A stretch of 64,000 bases of DNA from Bacilli bacterium. Its GTDB lineage: Bacteria; Bacillota_I; Bacilli_A; RF39; UBA660. The notes below the pieces were generated by a model. The model saw nothing but the letters and a program-made list of their open reading frames with translations, had not been told where the DNA came from and searched no databases. The position numbers were made by a program, and so were the translations under genes. The number at the start of each line of letters is the position of its first letter. Within the stretch, counting starts at the first letter, position 1. Shown one piece after another: positions 62,338 through 64,000 of this stretch. The stretch lies in the NCBI GenBank assembly GCA_017404385.1, contig JAFRCK010000014.1:18588-82587 (forward strand). The letters are read 5' to 3'.

Positions 62338-62898
62338 CTACTTCTCACACGAAGCACCTAAATTATCGAACATTTTTTTAGCACCATCAGGAGTCAATTT
62401 ATTATTTTTTATGTAATCTGAAATTCCATTATCTTCTGCAAATTCCTTTAACTTCAATTTAGAAATATCAATTTTTGCAGTTACAATCATCTTACCCCTG
62501 TCTTGTTCTGATTTTATAGAATATCCACCATACTTTTTATTTTGTTCCTCATACATCTTTGTTAAATCACTTTTATAAAAATCTAAAATACTGTTTTCAT
62601 CAGAATAAACGATTTCTTTTATTTCAATATAATTTGTATCATTTTTATATGCATATATTTCATAATAAGTTTTTATTTTATAACCACTTGCACTTTGATC
62701 TATTATTCTACTACATTTATACAAAGTTTTTTTATTACCAAAATATACTAATAGTACTACTGTAGTTATTACCATTAAAATGACAATGATTACTTCTATT
62801 TTTTTTCTGAATTTTTTATCTTCTTTTGTACTTACCCTTGCTTTGTTTTTCACTATTTTTTTCTTACTTTTTTCCTTTATTGCATCATTCTGAGACAT
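62338..62898 (-). CDS. Hypothetical membrane-anchored protein
   Basis: Basic N-terminus, TM IEVIIVILMVITTVVLLVYF, then a ~130-aa exposed domain. Confidence 0.35.
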   Translation of the reverse strand: MSQNDAIKEKSKKKIVKNKARVSTKEDKKFRKKIEVIIVILMVITTVVLLVYFGNKKTLYKCSRIIDQSASGYKIKTYYEIYAYKNDTNYIEIKEIVYSDENSILDFYKSDLTKMYEEQNKKYGGYSIKSEQDRGKMIVTAKIDISKLKLKEFAEDNGISDYIKNNKLTPDGAKKMFDNLGASCEK

Positions 62899-62976
62899 AC
62901 TATCACCTATTATGAATTATACCCTATTAATAAATTAATTTCAAGAAAAAAGAAAGCATAATGCCTTCTTTAATTA

Positions 62977-63402
62977 TCAATGATAAGTTTCATATGCAAT
63001 AACATAAATAAAGAACCATAGAATATATGCAATAATTGAAAATGCACTGATACAAATACCAGCTATCGCTAATCCTTTTCCATTATTATTATATTTTGGG
63101 GCTTGTGTCAATCCTATAATTGAAAAAATTAATCCTAAAATACTAGTACAACCTAGTAAAGAAAGAACAAAACCTGCAATTGCCATTCCATTTGTTGGTG
63201 CTGGCTGATAGTTATATCCACCATTGTTATAATTATTATAGTTATTATTATAATTATTATTGGCATTATTGTTATTAGTATTAATGTTATTATTACCTGT
63301 AGATGTTTTTGTTGAACCATTAACAGTTCCACAATTGTGACAAGTATTGTTTCCTTTTAATTCTGTACCACAATTTTTACAAAATTTAGCCATTTTATTC
63401 AA
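62977..63402 (-). CDS. Zinc-ribbon, N/Y-rich low-complexity linker, DUF4190-like two-TM membrane protein
   Basis: CKNCG...CHNCG zinc ribbon, an Asn/Tyr-rich tract, then GLAIAGFVLSLLG / GLAIAGICISAFSIIAYILWF helices. Confidence 0.4.
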   Translation of the reverse strand: MNKMAKFCKNCGTELKGNNTCHNCGTVNGSTKTSTGNNNINTNNNNANNNYNNNYNNYNNGGYNYQPAPTNGMAIAGFVLSLLGCTSILGLIFSIIGLTQAPKYNNNGKGLAIAGICISAFSIIAYILWFFIYVIAYETYH

Positions 63403-63453
63403 CTCCTTATTAGTTATATTCTAACAAAAACTGAGTATTAAATCAATAAAAAG

Positions 63454-64000
63454 CTAACAAAATCTATAATCATATTTATCTACTATTATTGGTTTTTTCT
63501 TCAATAATTCTTTTTGATTTTTATTTAAGTACTCTTTATTAATAACTGCACTTATAATATAATTTTCTAAAAACTTACTTTCAGCAATAAAGTAACCATT
63601 CAACCCTTCTTTTTCACCCCAACTATTCTCTATCTTCCAAAAAACTACTTTATCATTTTTTAAAGAAGCGCCAGTTATTAACATACTATGTTCCCCTTGA
63701 GTTCCATAGGTTCTTTTTATTTCATTATTACTCATTTTTAAATCTATATCTAATAATGATGAATATCTATCTAATAAGTCAATCCATAGACCATTAGAAT
63801 ACTTAGTTGTAGTCGACGAACTAAAATATACTGGTTCATTTTTTTTTAATTGTTTTAATATAAGTTTTTCAAGTTCTTTGTATTCTAAATTTAAAATTAA
63901 AGATTCATTTTTTAAGTCAATTTGTGTATTTTCTTTTTGATCATACATATTGTTATATTTATACTTTTCATCTTGAAACGTATATATTTCAATATAATTA
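63454..64000 (-). CDS. pepC: Partial (C-terminal part) aminopeptidase C / bleomycin hydrolase (C1 peptidase); gene continues past the window end
   Basis: HSMLITGASLKNDKVVFWKIENSWGEKEGLNGYFIAESKFLENYIISAVINKEYL matches the conserved PepC C-terminus. The listed Met at 63948 is probably internal. Confidence 0.55.
   Translation of the reverse strand, partial: NYIEIYTFQDEKYKYNNMYDQKENTQIDLKNESLILNLEYKELEKLILKQLKKNEPVYFSSSTTTKYSNGLWIDLLDRYSSLLDIDLKMSNNEIKRTYGTQGEHSMLITGASLKNDKVVFWKIENSWGEKEGLNGYFIAESKFLENYIISAVINKEYLNKNQKELLKKKPIIVDKYDYRFC

Noticed and set aside
1-64000. Possibility of a Mollicutes-type genetic code (TGA=Trp), given the extreme AT-richness
   Set aside because: Very long ORFs (1563, 1533 and 1520 codons) and all ribosomal genes are intact under the standard code, with no in-frame TGA interruptions. 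Cell-wall genes (ddl, CE4 deacetylase, SipW) are also present. This fits a walled low-GC Firmicute using code 11.
1-64000. CRISPR arrays, rRNA and tRNA genes
   Set aside because: No regularly spaced direct repeats, no rRNA-like conserved blocks and no tRNA-like structures were seen. Intergenic regions are short and AT-rich, with only hairpin terminators.

Overview
The window is 64 kb from a very AT-rich (roughly a quarter G+C by eye) low-GC Gram-positive (Bacillota) chromosome. It uses the standard code: the 1.5-kb-plus ORFs are intact, so TGA is a stop. Nearly every gene is on the minus strand. The core backbone is a complete, colinear S10-spc-alpha ribosomal cluster running rpsJ...rplQ (28092 down to 14044) and including secY, adk, map, infA, rpmJ and rpoA. 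Also on the backbone are ftsK, RNase J, ezrA, rpsD (plus strand, with an sigma-A promoter and long leader), a UgtP-like GT28 glycosyltransferase, ddl, polC, a pyrimidine-nucleoside phosphorylase, a PAP2 phosphatase, truA and two ECF-type ABC ATPases. The EzrA/PolC/UgtP/SipW combination suggests a Bacilli- or Erysipelotrichia-like lineage; the species cannot be named. Two accessory regions stand out. First, a ~13.7-kb locus (28542..42284) lies between ftsK and the S10 promoter. It encodes two giant surface proteins: a 1563-aa candidate thioester-domain adhesin with about eight Cna-B/SpaA-like domains, and a 1520-aa protein with SdrD-B-like and DUF11-like domains. These are bracketed by two paralogous ~585-aa membrane proteins carrying WG-like repeats, and a 36-bp perfect palindrome sits between the giant genes. 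Second, a ~6.7-kb island (7312..13975) lies between rplQ and the ecfA genes. It contains a TasA/camelysin-like secreted protein next to a SipW-type signal peptidase fused to a polytopic membrane domain, followed by three further small genes. No tRNA, rRNA, CRISPR, transposase or integrase genes were recognised. Many convergent gene ends share palindromic rho-independent terminators that overlap stop codons.
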